Source of the DNA: Actinomycetes bacterium
Lineage (GTDB): Bacteria > Actinomycetota > Acidimicrobiia > Acidimicrobiales > Bog-793
Assembly (NCBI GenBank): GCA_021809425.1
Contig: JAKBAA010000006.1
Location: 1,119-65,118 of the forward strand
Length of the DNA: 64,000 nucleotides
Direction: 5' to 3'
Shown here: positions 18,114 to 28,366 of the stretch, piece after piece
Layout of the letters: every line of letters starts with the position of its first letter
Numbering within the stretch: position 1 is the stretch's first letter
Notes under the pieces: generated by a model
Database searches by the model: none
What the model was told of the DNA's origin: nothing
The model's input: only the letters and a program-made list of their open reading frames with translations
Made by a program: the position numbers and the translations under genes

Positions 18114-18197
18114 TGTCGGAGGGGGGACTTGAACCCCCACGCCCTTTCGGGCACTAGCCCCTCAAGCTAGCGCGTCTGCCTATTCCGCCACTCCGAC
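18114..18197 (-). tRNA. tRNA-Leu(GAG)
   Basis: GTCGGAG/CTCCGAC acceptor stem, CTAGC-TT-GAG-GG-GCTAG anticodon arm, long variable arm, GGTTCAA T-loop. CCA not encoded. Confidence 0.97.
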
Positions 18198-18288
18198 GTG
18201 GGCCGCCGGGTCCCGGCGACGGGTGGTCATGCTAGCGCCTCGGCTGCCCTCCGCTGGCCACGCCAGCGCTCCCCCGCCGGGTCTCGCG

Positions 18289-20382
18289 CTACCCGCCCGA
18301 GGTCGGTCCGGCCGCCCCTGTCGTCCCCGCCCCTGTCGTCCCCGCCCCTGTCGTCCCCGCCCCCGACGTGGCGCCGGACGGACCACCGGCGCCCGGAGCC
18401 GTGCCGGACGCGCCCGAGGCGCCAGACGAGCCGGCCGGCACCTCGAGCACCCAATTCTGGGCGTCCCAAAGCGGGCCGAGCCAGGTGGAGCTCGGGAAGA
18501 GGTTGTAGAGCGCCCGCTCGCCGACGAGGGCGGTCGGCACCTGGTAGAGCGGCAGGCTCGGCAGGTCGCTCCAGATGACGCGGTCTGCCTGGTCGTACAG
18601 GCTGGCGGCCTGGCCCGGGTTGAGGGCGGAGAAGGCCTGGGCGAGCAGCGTCTCGAGAGCCGGGTCGCGGTAGCCGAGGACGTCACGGGTAACCGATCCG
18701 GCAGCGACCGCCCCCGGCTCGGTGGCAGTGCCGGTTTCCGGGGCGTACGCCGTGACCTGCGGGGCGGTCGTCGCCGCCTTGGTGGTGGAGGCCGGCAGCG
18801 TGGTCGTGGTCGTGGTCGACGTCGACGTGGTGGTGCCGGGGGCGGGCGGCAGGGTGAACGGGCTGCCCGTCGGCTGGGGGCCGACCGGGTCGACGTAGTA
18901 GGTGGCGTTCTCGGAGGGATAGGCGGACACCCACTCGGGGACGAGCGCCACCTGGTAGGCGCCGGTGGGCAGCACCCCCGAGAGGAGGCGGGCGAGCGGC
19001 ACCCGGACGACGTGGACGACGATGCCGGCGTCGAGCAGCTGGGCGCGCAGCTCGGCGGTCATCTGGCTGACGAGCTGACCGGAGGACGGCACGACCAGGC
19101 GGAGGACGAGCGGGGCGCCGCTCGCGCTGCGCAGGATGCCGGACGCGTCCAGCCGGTAGCCGGCCGAGGCCAGCAGCTGGTCGGCGAGCGGCACGTCCAC
19201 GAGGCCGTAGTCGCCGTCGTTCCCGGCGCTGCCCGGCGCCCCCACCTGGTACAGGTGGTTGCCCGACAGCGGCACCCCGTTGCGCTGCAGCCCGATCGAG
19301 TCGGCCACGAGCTCCGGCCGGTCCACGGCCGTGGCCACGGCACGGCGGACGGCCAGCTGGCCGACGAGCGGATCGGCCAGGTTGAAGTCGAGCTGCCACA
19401 GCACCGAGGAGGCGTAGGTCTGGGCGCCGAGGAACCGGTGCTGCATCAGGGCGTTGCGCAGGCTCGGCCCGGGGGCCACCTGGGCGACGTCGATCGTCCC
19501 CTGCTCGAGCCCGTGCAGCAGGGCGCCCTGGCCGTGCACCACGCGGAACACGATCTGGTCGAGCATCGGGGCGCGACCCCACCAGTGCGGATTGCGCCGA
19601 AGCACGAGCTCCTTGCCCGGCACCACCCGGGCGACGGCGAACGGACCACCGGACAGCAGGTGGGAAGGCGTCGCCGTCGTGAACCCGGCCGACCACCCGT
19701 ACTGGGCCGCCACCTGGGCCGGGGCGAGCTCGTGGAAGAGCGCCTCCCACTCGGCGTCGGGACGCTTGAAGGTGACCGTCACCACCTTGCCGGCCGATGA
19801 CGAGGTGATCGAGGCGATGTCCTCGTAGCCCGCCAGCGGGTCGTTCGCCGGGAGCTCCTGGCCGATGGCCAGCTGGGCATGCCACTCGGCGATGAAGTCG
19901 GCCGCCGTGATCGGCGTGCCGTCCGACCAGCGCGCCTTGGCGTCGATCGTGTACACCACCCGCTGCGGGCTCACGCTCACGTTCTCGGCAGCGTCGATGA
20001 ACGTGGTCGACGCCCGCGTGTCACCGGGCCCCACCGTGACGAAGGTCGACGGCCACACCTGGCTCATGATCTCCGCCGCGACCGGGTTGGCCCCGGCCGG
20101 CGAGGCCGGGTTGAGCGTGCTCGGCAGGTAGGGCACCGCCACGGTGACGGTGCCCCCGTGCACCACCTGCAACGGACCGGGAGCCGTCGTGGCGGTCGTC
20201 GGTCCCGACGACCCGCTGGCACCGGCGGACCCGCTCGAGCCGCTGGACCCGCTCGAGCCGCTGGCCCCGCTCGAGCCGGCGCTTCGGCCCGGCTCCGCCG
20301 CCGAGACGGCGGTGGCGGCCAGCCCGGCGACGAGCAGCCCTGCCGGGGCGAGGGCGAGGAGGCGGCGGAGCCTCAGCCCCAC
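18289..20382 (-). CDS. peptide/nickel-type (family 5) ABC solute-binding protein
   Basis: ARWSDGTPITAADF, SGGPF, LRRNPHWWG, VRRAVA motifs; low-complexity repeats at both termini. Confidence 0.9.
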   Translation of the reverse strand: MGLRLRRLLALAPAGLLVAGLAATAVSAAEPGRSAGSSGASGSSGSSGSSGSAGASGSSGPTTATTAPGPLQVVHGGTVTVAVPYLPSTLNPASPAGANPVAAEIMSQVWPSTFVTVGPGDTRASTTFIDAAENVSVSPQRVVYTIDAKARWSDGTPITAADFIAEWHAQLAIGQELPANDPLAGYEDIASITSSSAGKVVTVTFKRPDAEWEALFHELAPAQVAAQYGWSAGFTTATPSHLLSGGPFAVARVVPGKELVLRRNPHWWGRAPMLDQIVFRVVHGQGALLHGLEQGTIDVAQVAPGPSLRNALMQHRFLGAQTYASSVLWQLDFNLADPLVGQLAVRRAVATAVDRPELVADSIGLQRNGVPLSGNHLYQVGAPGSAGNDGDYGLVDVPLADQLLASAGYRLDASGILRSASGAPLVLRLVVPSSGQLVSQMTAELRAQLLDAGIVVHVVRVPLARLLSGVLPTGAYQVALVPEWVSAYPSENATYYVDPVGPQPTGSPFTLPPAPGTTTSTSTTTTTTLPASTTKAATTAPQVTAYAPETGTATEPGAVAAGSVTRDVLGYRDPALETLLAQAFSALNPGQAASLYDQADRVIWSDLPSLPLYQVPTALVGERALYNLFPSSTWLGPLWDAQNWVLEVPAGSSGASGASGTAPGAGGPSGATSGAGTTGAGTTGAGTTGAAGPTSGG

Positions 20383-20603
20383 CGCAGGCCGATGATGACC
20401 GTGGTGAAGGCGAAGACGAGGGCGCAGGTGACCGTCAGCCGGTCGAGGTTCTTCTCGGCCACGGTCGACCCGGAGGCGGCCGAGCCGATCGACGAACCGA
20501 ACATGTCCGACAGGCCACCGCCCCGGCCGGAGTGCAGGAGGATGAGCAGGATCAAGGCGAACGACGAGGCGATCTCGACGCCCACCACCACGTCCGTCAG
20601 CAC
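20373..20603 (-). CDS. secG: preprotein translocase subunit SecG
   Basis: LLHSGRGGGLSDMFG...EKNLDRLT; downstream of tpiA. Confidence 0.95.
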   Translation of the reverse strand: MLTDVVVGVEIASSFALILLILLHSGRGGGLSDMFGSSIGSAASGSTVAEKNLDRLTVTCALVFAFTTVIIGLRWG

Positions 20604-20729
20604 CGCGCTCCTCCTGCCACCTGGTCCGACTCCGGCCAGGCAGGCTAGCAGCCGGACCGCCGCCGTCCCGGTCGGCCAGCCGGCCGACCCGGCCGGCCCG
20701 GCGCCGTCGGGGGGCGACGAACAGCAGCG

Positions 20730-21509
20730 CTAGCCGGCGGCGCGGGCGATGGCGTGGAAGCTGGCCGCCTCAAGGCTCGCCCCACCGACGAGCAGCCCGT
20801 CGACGTTCGGCTGGGCGAGCAGCTCGGCGGCGTTGTCCGGGTTGACCGACCCGCCGTACTGGATCCGGGTGGTCTCGGCCGCCGGGCCGGCGAGCCGGGC
20901 GAGCTCGGCCCGGATGGCGGCGCACATCTGCTCGGCGTCGTCGGGGGTGGCGGTGACCCCGGTGCCGATCGCCCAGATCGGCTCGTAGGCGACGACGGCG
21001 GCGGCGACGGCGGCGGACGGCCGACCGTCGAAGGCGGCGTCGACCTGCGCGCGGACCCGGTCGAGTGCGGCGCCCGAGGCGCGCTCGTCGGCGTCCTCGC
21101 CGACGCAGACGATCGGGACCATGCCGTGGCGGAGGATGGCGTCGACCTTCGCCCGGACCATCTCGTCGGTCTCGCCACACCCCCGGCGCCGCTCGGAGTG
21201 GCCGGCGATCACGTACCGGACGTTCAGCTTGGCGAGCATCTCGGCGCTGACCTCGCCGGTGAAGGCACCCTTGTCGGCGTGATGGCAGGTCTGTGCCCCG
21301 AGCGCGAGGGGCACACGGTCGGTCTCGACGGCGGTCTGGACCGTGCGCAACGAGGTGAACGGCGGGTGCACGCTCGCCGCACAGCCCTCGGGCAGCGCCT
21401 GGGCGCGGAGGAGCGCCGCCAGCTCCTGCACGAGCTTCAGCGCCTCGAAGTGGTTGATGTGCATCTTCCAGTTGCCGCTCACGAGCACGCCCCGCTCGCC
21501 GACGCCCAC
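20730..21509 (-). CDS. tpiA: triosephosphate isomerase
   Basis: GNWKM, GHSERR, AYEPIWAIGTG, YGGSV, LVGGASL. Confidence 0.98.
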   Translation of the reverse strand: MGVGERGVLVSGNWKMHINHFEALKLVQELAALLRAQALPEGCAASVHPPFTSLRTVQTAVETDRVPLALGAQTCHHADKGAFTGEVSAEMLAKLNVRYVIAGHSERRRGCGETDEMVRAKVDAILRHGMVPIVCVGEDADERASGAALDRVRAQVDAAFDGRPSAAVAAAVVAYEPIWAIGTGVTATPDDAEQMCAAIRAELARLAGPAAETTRIQYGGSVNPDNAAELLAQPNVDGLLVGGASLEAASFHAIARAAG

Positions 21510-21523
21510 GCCGTCCTCCTTGG

Positions 21524-22677
21524 TCAGGCCCGGCGGCCGGCGCGCAGGGCGGCCAGGCCGGGAAGGTCGCCGTACTCGAGCAGCTCCAGGGTGGCCCCGC
21601 CGCCCGTCGACACGTGGGTGATCGCCTCGGCCAGGCCGAGCCGGTCGATGGCGGCCACCGAGTCGCCGCCGCCGACGACGGTGAACCCGCCGCAGGACGC
21701 CACCGCCTTCGCCACCGCCTCGGTTCCCGCCGCGAAGCGGGCGTCCTCGCACACCCCCATCGGGCCGTTCCACAGCACCGTGCCGGCACCTGCCAGCGCC
21801 TCGGCGAAGGCCGCCCGGGTCGCCGGGCCGATGTCGTAACCTCGCCAACCTTCCGACAGGTCCTGGCCGCGCACGGCGACCTGGCCGGTCGCCTCGGCCT
21901 CCGGGTGCCCGCCGAAGTTGGCCTCGCCGTCGGGAGAGAGCGCCACGAGGTCGCTCGGCAGCAGGATGTCGGCAGCGCCCGCCAGCAGCGCGCGGCAGGC
22001 GTCCAGCTTGGAGGTGTCGACGAGCGAGCCTCCCGCCTCGTGGCCGAGGGCGGCCAGGAAGGTCGCCGCCATGCCGCCGCCGACGAGCACGGCGTCGGCG
22101 CGGGCCGCCAGGGCGTTGAGCACGCCCAGCTTGTCGGCCACCTTCGCCCCGCCGACGATCGCCACGAACGGCCGCTTCGGCGCCTCGAGCAGGCCGCCCA
22201 GCACCTCCACCTCGCGCTGGAGCAGCCGGCCGGCGGCGCACGGGAGGAGCGCCGGCGGTCCCACCACGGAGGCGTGCGCCCGGTGCGACACGCCGAAGGC
22301 GTCGTTGACGTAGGCGTCCTTGCCCTCGACGAGGCGCCGGACCAGCTCCGGGTCGTTCGCCTCCTCACCCGGGTCGAAGCGGAGGTTCTCGAGCAGCTCC
22401 ACCCCCGGCGCCAGCTCGGCGAGGCGCGCCCGGACCGGTGCCAGGTCGTAGCGGGGGTCGGGGGCGCCCTTCGGACGGCCGAGGTGGGTGCAGACGGTCA
22501 CCTCGGCCCCGTGCTCCTGCAGCCACGACAGCGTCGCCACGCTCTGGCGGATGCGGAAGTCGTCGACCACCACCTTGCCGCTCGGGCCGTCGGCGAGCGG
22601 TACGTTGAGGTCGGCGCGCACCAGCACCGACCGGCCCTCGAGCGGCAGCAGGTCCTCGAGGAGCGGCAGGCCGCTGC

Positions 22678-22681
<4 letters not shown>
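21524..22681 (-). CDS. pgk: phosphoglycerate kinase
   Basis: RADLNVP, LLENLRF, NDAFG, WNGPMG, STGGGA. Confidence 0.98.
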
Positions 22682-23697
<1,016 letters not shown>

Positions 23698-23808
23698 CTC
23701 GTCACCCTCCGCTCAGGTTCACGGCCGGCACGCCACCGGCTCGCGGTCCGGGCCGGCCGGCGCGCGGCGACCCCGACGATAGTTGGCCTGCCAGGAGCCT
23801 AGGAACGC

Positions 23809-24687
23809 TCAGCCGGCCAGCGCGGCCAGGGCGGCCCCGAGCAGTGCCTCGTCGTGCACCTGGGGCCGGCCGGGCACGGTGAGGGACGCCTCCACCACGC
23901 GGGTGGCGTCCGCCGGCGAACCGAGGGCGAGGCCGCCGCGCTCGACGAGCATCACGTCGGGGACGACCCCGTGGGCGACGAGGGCGTCGAGGTGCATCCC
24001 GGCGTCGAACCCGGCCGTCTCGGGGTGCTGCTCGGCGAGGTTGCACACGTACACCACGGTCGCCGAGGCCGCCGCCACCGCCGCCGCCAGCTCGGCGGCG
24101 GCCAGGCAGGCGAGGACGCTCGTGAACAGCGACCCGGGCCCGAGCACGATCTGGTCGGCCTGCCCGATCGCGGCGAGGGCGCCCGGCGGGGTGGTGGCGC
24201 CCGGCGGGTCGAGCGCCACCGCCTCGACGCCGCCGACCGACATGACGGCGACCTGGCCGCGCACCGAGGCCCCGGCAGCGGTCCGGGCGCGCAGCACCAC
24301 CGCCTCGTTGGTCGCCGGGAACAGCTCGCCGACCGTCTGCAACAGCTGGCACGCCCGCGCCACACCCTCGGCGAACCCGCCCCGCTCGGCGGCAAGGGCG
24401 CCGAGCAACAGGTTGCCGAAGGCGTGGTGGTCGAGCTCGCCCGGGAAGCGGTGCTCGAGGGCGTTGCCCATCGGCGAGCCCTCCGGCAGGAGCGCCCCGA
24501 GGCAGCGCCGCAGGTCGCCCGGCGCCGGGATGCCGAGCGCCTGGCGCAGCCGCCCGCTCGACCCGCCGTCGTCGGCCACCGACACCACCCCCCACAGCCG
24601 CCCGGCGTAGCGGCGGGCGGCCCCGAGGGTGCGGGCGAGCCCGTGGCCGCCGCCGATCGCCACGACGGCCGGGGCGGGGCGGGTCAA
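23809..24687 (-). CDS. yvcK: YvcK/GlmR (gluconeogenesis factor) family protein
   Basis: AIGGGHG, DDGGSSG, PGDLRRC, GPGSLFTS. Confidence 0.92.
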   Translation of the reverse strand: MTRPAPAVVAIGGGHGLARTLGAARRYAGRLWGVVSVADDGGSSGRLRQALGIPAPGDLRRCLGALLPEGSPMGNALEHRFPGELDHHAFGNLLLGALAAERGGFAEGVARACQLLQTVGELFPATNEAVVLRARTAAGASVRGQVAVMSVGGVEAVALDPPGATTPPGALAAIGQADQIVLGPGSLFTSVLACLAAAELAAAVAAASATVVYVCNLAEQHPETAGFDAGMHLDALVAHGVVPDVMLVERGGLALGSPADATRVVEASLTVPGRPQVHDEALLGAALAALAG

Positions 24688-25538
24688 CGCTGCACGTCCC
24701 GGTGGTGCACGCTCGGGTCGAAGCCGCGCCGGCGGATCCGGCGGGCCAGCTCCTCGGCGACCGCCACCGAACGGTGCCGCCCCCCCGTGCAGCCGATGGC
24801 GATCGAGAGGTAGGCCTTGCCCTCGGCGGCATAGGCCGGGAGGAGGAACCCGAACAGGTCGTCCAGGCGGGCCAGGAACTCCTCGGCCTCCGGCCGGTCG
24901 AGCACGTAGGCACGCACCTCCGGGTCGAGCCCCGTCTGGACCCGGAGGTGCTCAACCCAGTGCGGGTTGGGCAGGAACCGGCAGTCGAGCACGAGGTCGA
25001 CGTCGAGCGGGAGCCCGTGCTTGAACCCGAACGACACCACCGCCGTCGTCATCCCGCCGGGGGCCTCGCGCGACGAGAACAGCTCGACGAGGCGCGCCTT
25101 CAGCTCGTGGACGTTGGTGTCGCTCGTGTCGACCACCACGTCGGCGTCGTCGCGCAGCGGGTCGAGCAGCGCCCGCTCCGCCCGGATGGCCTCGAGGACG
25201 CCCTCCGCCTCGAGCGGGTGGCGGCGCCGGGTCCCCTCGTAGCGCCGGACGAGCACCTCGTCGCTGGCGTCGAGGAACAGCACCCGCACCCTGGCCCCGG
25301 TCGCCCGCAGGGCGGTGACGGTCGGGGCGAGCTCGACCACCGACTCGGCACCGCCCCGCCCGACGACGAAGCAGAAGCGCTCCAGCTCCGACCCTGGCTG
25401 GCCGGCGAGCTCGGCCACCTTTCCGATGAGCGGCGCCGGCAGGTTGTCGATCACGAACCAGCCGAGGTCCTCGAGGGTCGCCGCCGCGCTGGAGCGGCCG
25501 GCGCCCGACAGGCCCGCCACGATCAGGTACTCGGCCAT
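24684..25538 (-). CDS. rapZ: RNase adapter RapZ
   Basis: GLSGAGRS, DNLP, SFGFKHG, RFLPNP, GCTGGRHRSV. Confidence 0.97.
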   Translation of the reverse strand: MAEYLIVAGLSGAGRSSAAATLEDLGWFVIDNLPAPLIGKVAELAGQPGSELERFCFVVGRGGAESVVELAPTVTALRATGARVRVLFLDASDEVLVRRYEGTRRRHPLEAEGVLEAIRAERALLDPLRDDADVVVDTSDTNVHELKARLVELFSSREAPGGMTTAVVSFGFKHGLPLDVDLVLDCRFLPNPHWVEHLRVQTGLDPEVRAYVLDRPEAEEFLARLDDLFGFLLPAYAAEGKAYLSIAIGCTGGRHRSVAVAEELARRIRRRGFDPSVHHRDVQR

Positions 25539-25575
25539 CGCCCGACCCCTCCTCCTCGCCGCCCACCTGCCCGCC

Positions 25576-26370
25576 CTACCTGCCGCCGGTCGCCTCGTCC
25601 CAGTCTCGCACCCGGGCGGCCGGCGGTGGCCGGGCCTCGAAGCGCAGCGAGAGCAGGCGCGGGATGGCCGACTCGAGGGCCGGGTCGAGCGAGGTGGCGA
25701 GCAGCTCGGCCGGCGGCCGTGGCTCGTCCATGCGGACCAGCACCACGTCACGGGCGCCGAGCGGGTTGACGTAGCGCGACAGCGGGCGGTGGGCGAAGGC
25801 GATGGCCACCCCCGGGTCGACCTCCTCGTAGGCGACCGACTCGTCGAGGTACGGGCCGACCCGCCAGTAGCGCTCGCCCAGGATCTGGTCGTCGATGAAC
25901 CCGGAGCCGGTGCCCTGGTAGAGCGGGTGGTTGACGAGCAGGACGAGCCGTCCACCCGGGGCGAGGACGCGGGCCATCTCGGCGAGCACGGCGTCCGGAT
26001 CGTCGGCGTGCTCGATGACGAGGCAGCAGACCACGGCGTCGAAGGTGGCGTCGGCGAAGGGGAGCCGCTCCCCCCTCCCTTGCACGAAGCACGGCCCGCC
26101 GCCGGCTCCGGCGGCGAAGGCCAGCTGGGCCCCGGAAGGGTCGATCCCGACGACCCGCCGGTCGGCCGGCCCGCACGCCTGGAGGGAACGGGCCACCTGA
26201 CCCTCGCCGGTCCCGACGTCGAGGACGCGCCGCGCCCCCTCGCCCACCTCGCGGCGCACGAGCGGCACGATCTCCCGGTCGTACTCCGGGTCGGCCCCGC
26301 CGGTGAAGGTGGCCTTCCACCAGGCGGCGTGCGCGTCCCACGGATGACCCCCGGCGGCCTGCTCGCTCAC
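25576..26370 (-). CDS. class I SAM-dependent methyltransferase
   Basis: VLDVGTGEG, LPFADATFD, RVLAPGG; GTGA-coupled to uvrC. Confidence 0.9.
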   Translation of the reverse strand: MSEQAAGGHPWDAHAAWWKATFTGGADPEYDREIVPLVRREVGEGARRVLDVGTGEGQVARSLQACGPADRRVVGIDPSGAQLAFAAGAGGGPCFVQGRGERLPFADATFDAVVCCLVIEHADDPDAVLAEMARVLAPGGRLVLLVNHPLYQGTGSGFIDDQILGERYWRVGPYLDESVAYEEVDPGVAIAFAHRPLSRYVNPLGARDVVLVRMDEPRPPAELLATSLDPALESAIPRLLSLRFEARPPPAARVRDWDEATGGR

Positions 26371-28241
26371 CGCCCGGCGCCCTCGTGGACCCGGGCGTGG
26401 ACGGCCCGGGCGACCGGCTCGGGCAGCCACGACAGGGCGAGCAGCTCGTCCAGGCTGGCCTGGCGCACGCCGCGCACGCCGCCGAGCTCGGCGACGAGCC
26501 GCTGGCGGCGCGCCGGGCCGAGGCCCGGGACGTCGTCGAGGGCCCCGCGGGTCATCCGCTTGCCGCGCAGCTGGCGGTGGTAGGTGATGGCGAAGCGGTG
26601 CGCCTCGTCGCGGACCTGCTGGAGCAGGTAGATGGCCGGCGAGTCCCGCGGGATGCGCACCGGTGCCGACCGCCCCGGGAGGAACACCTCCTCGAACTGC
26701 TTGGCGAGGGCGGCGAGGGCGAGCCGGCCGGTCAGGCCGAGCTCGGCGAGCACCCGCTCCCCGACGTGCAGCTGGCCGAGGCCGCCGTCGAGCAGGAGCA
26801 GCTGCGGCGGGTAGGCGAACCGGACCGGACGGCCGTCGGCCGGGGCCGGCCGGGCGGACTCGTCGTCGAGCAGGCGGCGGAGCCGCCGGGTGAGCACCTC
26901 GTGCATCGCCCCGTAGTCGTCGTTGCCCTGGACGGCGCTCACCCTGAAGCGCCGGTAGTCGCTCCGCTTGGCGAGCCCGTCCTCCATGACGACCATCGAG
27001 CCGACGTAGTCGGTCCCCTGCAGGTGGCTCATGTCGTAGCACTCGATGCGAAGGGGGGGCTCGTCGAGGCACAGGTGTGCCTGCAGCTCCTCGAGCGCCT
27101 GGGCCCGGCTCGTGAGGTCGGACGAACGCCGCATGGTGTGCCGCTGCAGCTGCTCGGCGGCGTTCTTCTCGGCGACCTCGAGCAGGCCCCGCTTGCGCCC
27201 GCGCTGGGGCACCCGCACCCCGACCCGCGACCCGCGCCGCTCCCCGAGGAACTCCTCGTAGGTCGCCGCCTCCTCGGGCAGGTCGCGCACGAGGACCTCC
27301 TTCGGGACGCCGAGCGGGGTCTCGGCGTACTGCTGCTCGAGGGCCCGGGCGACGAGCTCGGGGCGGGTGAGCGGCTCGACCTTCTCGAGGACGAATCCCT
27401 GCCGGCCGACCACCCGGCCGCGCCGGACGTGCAGCACCTGGACGGCCGCCTCCAGCTCGTTCTCGGCGACCGCGACCACGTCGAGGTCCTCGGGCGTGTC
27501 GACGACCATCTCCTGGCGCTCCACCGCCAGTCGGAGCGCGGCCAGCCGGTCACGAAGGCGCGCCGCCAGCTCGAACTCGAGGTCGTCGGCGGCCGCCGCC
27601 ATATCGGCCTCGAGCCGGGCCGTCACCGGCCCGGTGTCGCCGTCGAGGAACCCCATCAGCTCCTCCACGAGCACCCGGTACTCCCCCGGCGACACCTCGC
27701 CGACGCAGGGCCCGGAGCAGCGCTCGATGTGGAACAGCAGGCACGGCTTGCCGAGCCGCTCGTGCCGGTTCAGCTTTGCGTTCGAGCACGTCCGGATCGG
27801 GAACGACCGCAGCAGCAGGTCGAGCGTCTCTCGGATGGCGTAGGCATGCGCGTACGGGCCGAAGTACCGCGTCCCCTTGCGTCTCGCCCCCCGCATGACC
27901 GTGGCGCGCGGCCACTCCTCATCGAGGGTGACGGCCAGGTACGGGTAGCTCTTGTCGTCGACCAGGCGGATGTTGAAGCGGGGCCGGTGGGCCTTGATCA
28001 GGTTGTACTCGAGCATGATCGCCTCGACGTCGCTGCGGACCTGGATCCACTCGACCGAGGCGGCCCGTGCCACCATCTGCGCCGTGCGCGGGTGCAGCAG
28101 GCGCGGGTCCTGGAAGTAGTTGGACAGCCGCTGGCGGAGCGAGCGCGCCTTGCCCACGTAGATGATCCGGCCGTCGGCATCCTTGAACTGGTAGGACCCC
28201 GGGCCGTCCGGTATCGCTGGCGGTCGCTCGAGCACTACCAT
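26367..28241 (-). CDS. uvrC: excinuclease ABC subunit C
   Basis: GIY-YIG motif YVGKA, IECYDMSH, RDEAHRFA, HhH GLGP. Confidence 0.98.
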   Translation of the reverse strand: MVVLERPPAIPDGPGSYQFKDADGRIIYVGKARSLRQRLSNYFQDPRLLHPRTAQMVARAASVEWIQVRSDVEAIMLEYNLIKAHRPRFNIRLVDDKSYPYLAVTLDEEWPRATVMRGARRKGTRYFGPYAHAYAIRETLDLLLRSFPIRTCSNAKLNRHERLGKPCLLFHIERCSGPCVGEVSPGEYRVLVEELMGFLDGDTGPVTARLEADMAAAADDLEFELAARLRDRLAALRLAVERQEMVVDTPEDLDVVAVAENELEAAVQVLHVRRGRVVGRQGFVLEKVEPLTRPELVARALEQQYAETPLGVPKEVLVRDLPEEAATYEEFLGERRGSRVGVRVPQRGRKRGLLEVAEKNAAEQLQRHTMRRSSDLTSRAQALEELQAHLCLDEPPLRIECYDMSHLQGTDYVGSMVVMEDGLAKRSDYRRFRVSAVQGNDDYGAMHEVLTRRLRRLLDDESARPAPADGRPVRFAYPPQLLLLDGGLGQLHVGERVLAELGLTGRLALAALAKQFEEVFLPGRSAPVRIPRDSPAIYLLQQVRDEAHRFAITYHRQLRGKRMTRGALDDVPGLGPARRQRLVAELGGVRGVRQASLDELLALSWLPEPVARAVHARVHEGAGR

Positions 28242-28277
28242 CGAGGCTACGCCGGCCTGGCATCCCGGCGGACAGAT

Positions 28278-28347
28278 CACGACTCGAGGCCGACAACCCC
28301 GCGGATGGGCGACCAGGCTGTCCCCGCCGGCCGCAGTACGAGCCGTG
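28278..28347 (+). ncRNA. candidate NAD+-I (nadA motif) riboswitch-like aptamer
   Basis: GGCCG/CGGCC stem, one-sided ACAACCCC bulge, GCGG/CCGC stem and an outer stem, ending about 20 nt before the nadA ATG. Confidence 0.6.
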
Positions 28348-28366
28348 CAGAAGGCAAGGGGCCACC

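Larger units (their letters stand above)
15966..18127. mobile_element. about 2.1 kb integrase-less islet at the tRNA-Leu(GAG) 3' end carrying two TA modules
   Basis: Bounded by 33-bp direct repeats, one overlapping the tRNA 3' end. No recombinase ORF inside. Confidence 0.7.

Noticed and set aside
14572-18140. Integron or prophage interpretation
   Set aside because: No intI, no attC (RYYYAAC...GTTRRRY) pattern, and no phage genes seen.
18289-20382. Orphan peptide SBP without permeases
   Set aside because: Stand-alone SBPs are common in Actinobacteria, so this is not notable by itself.
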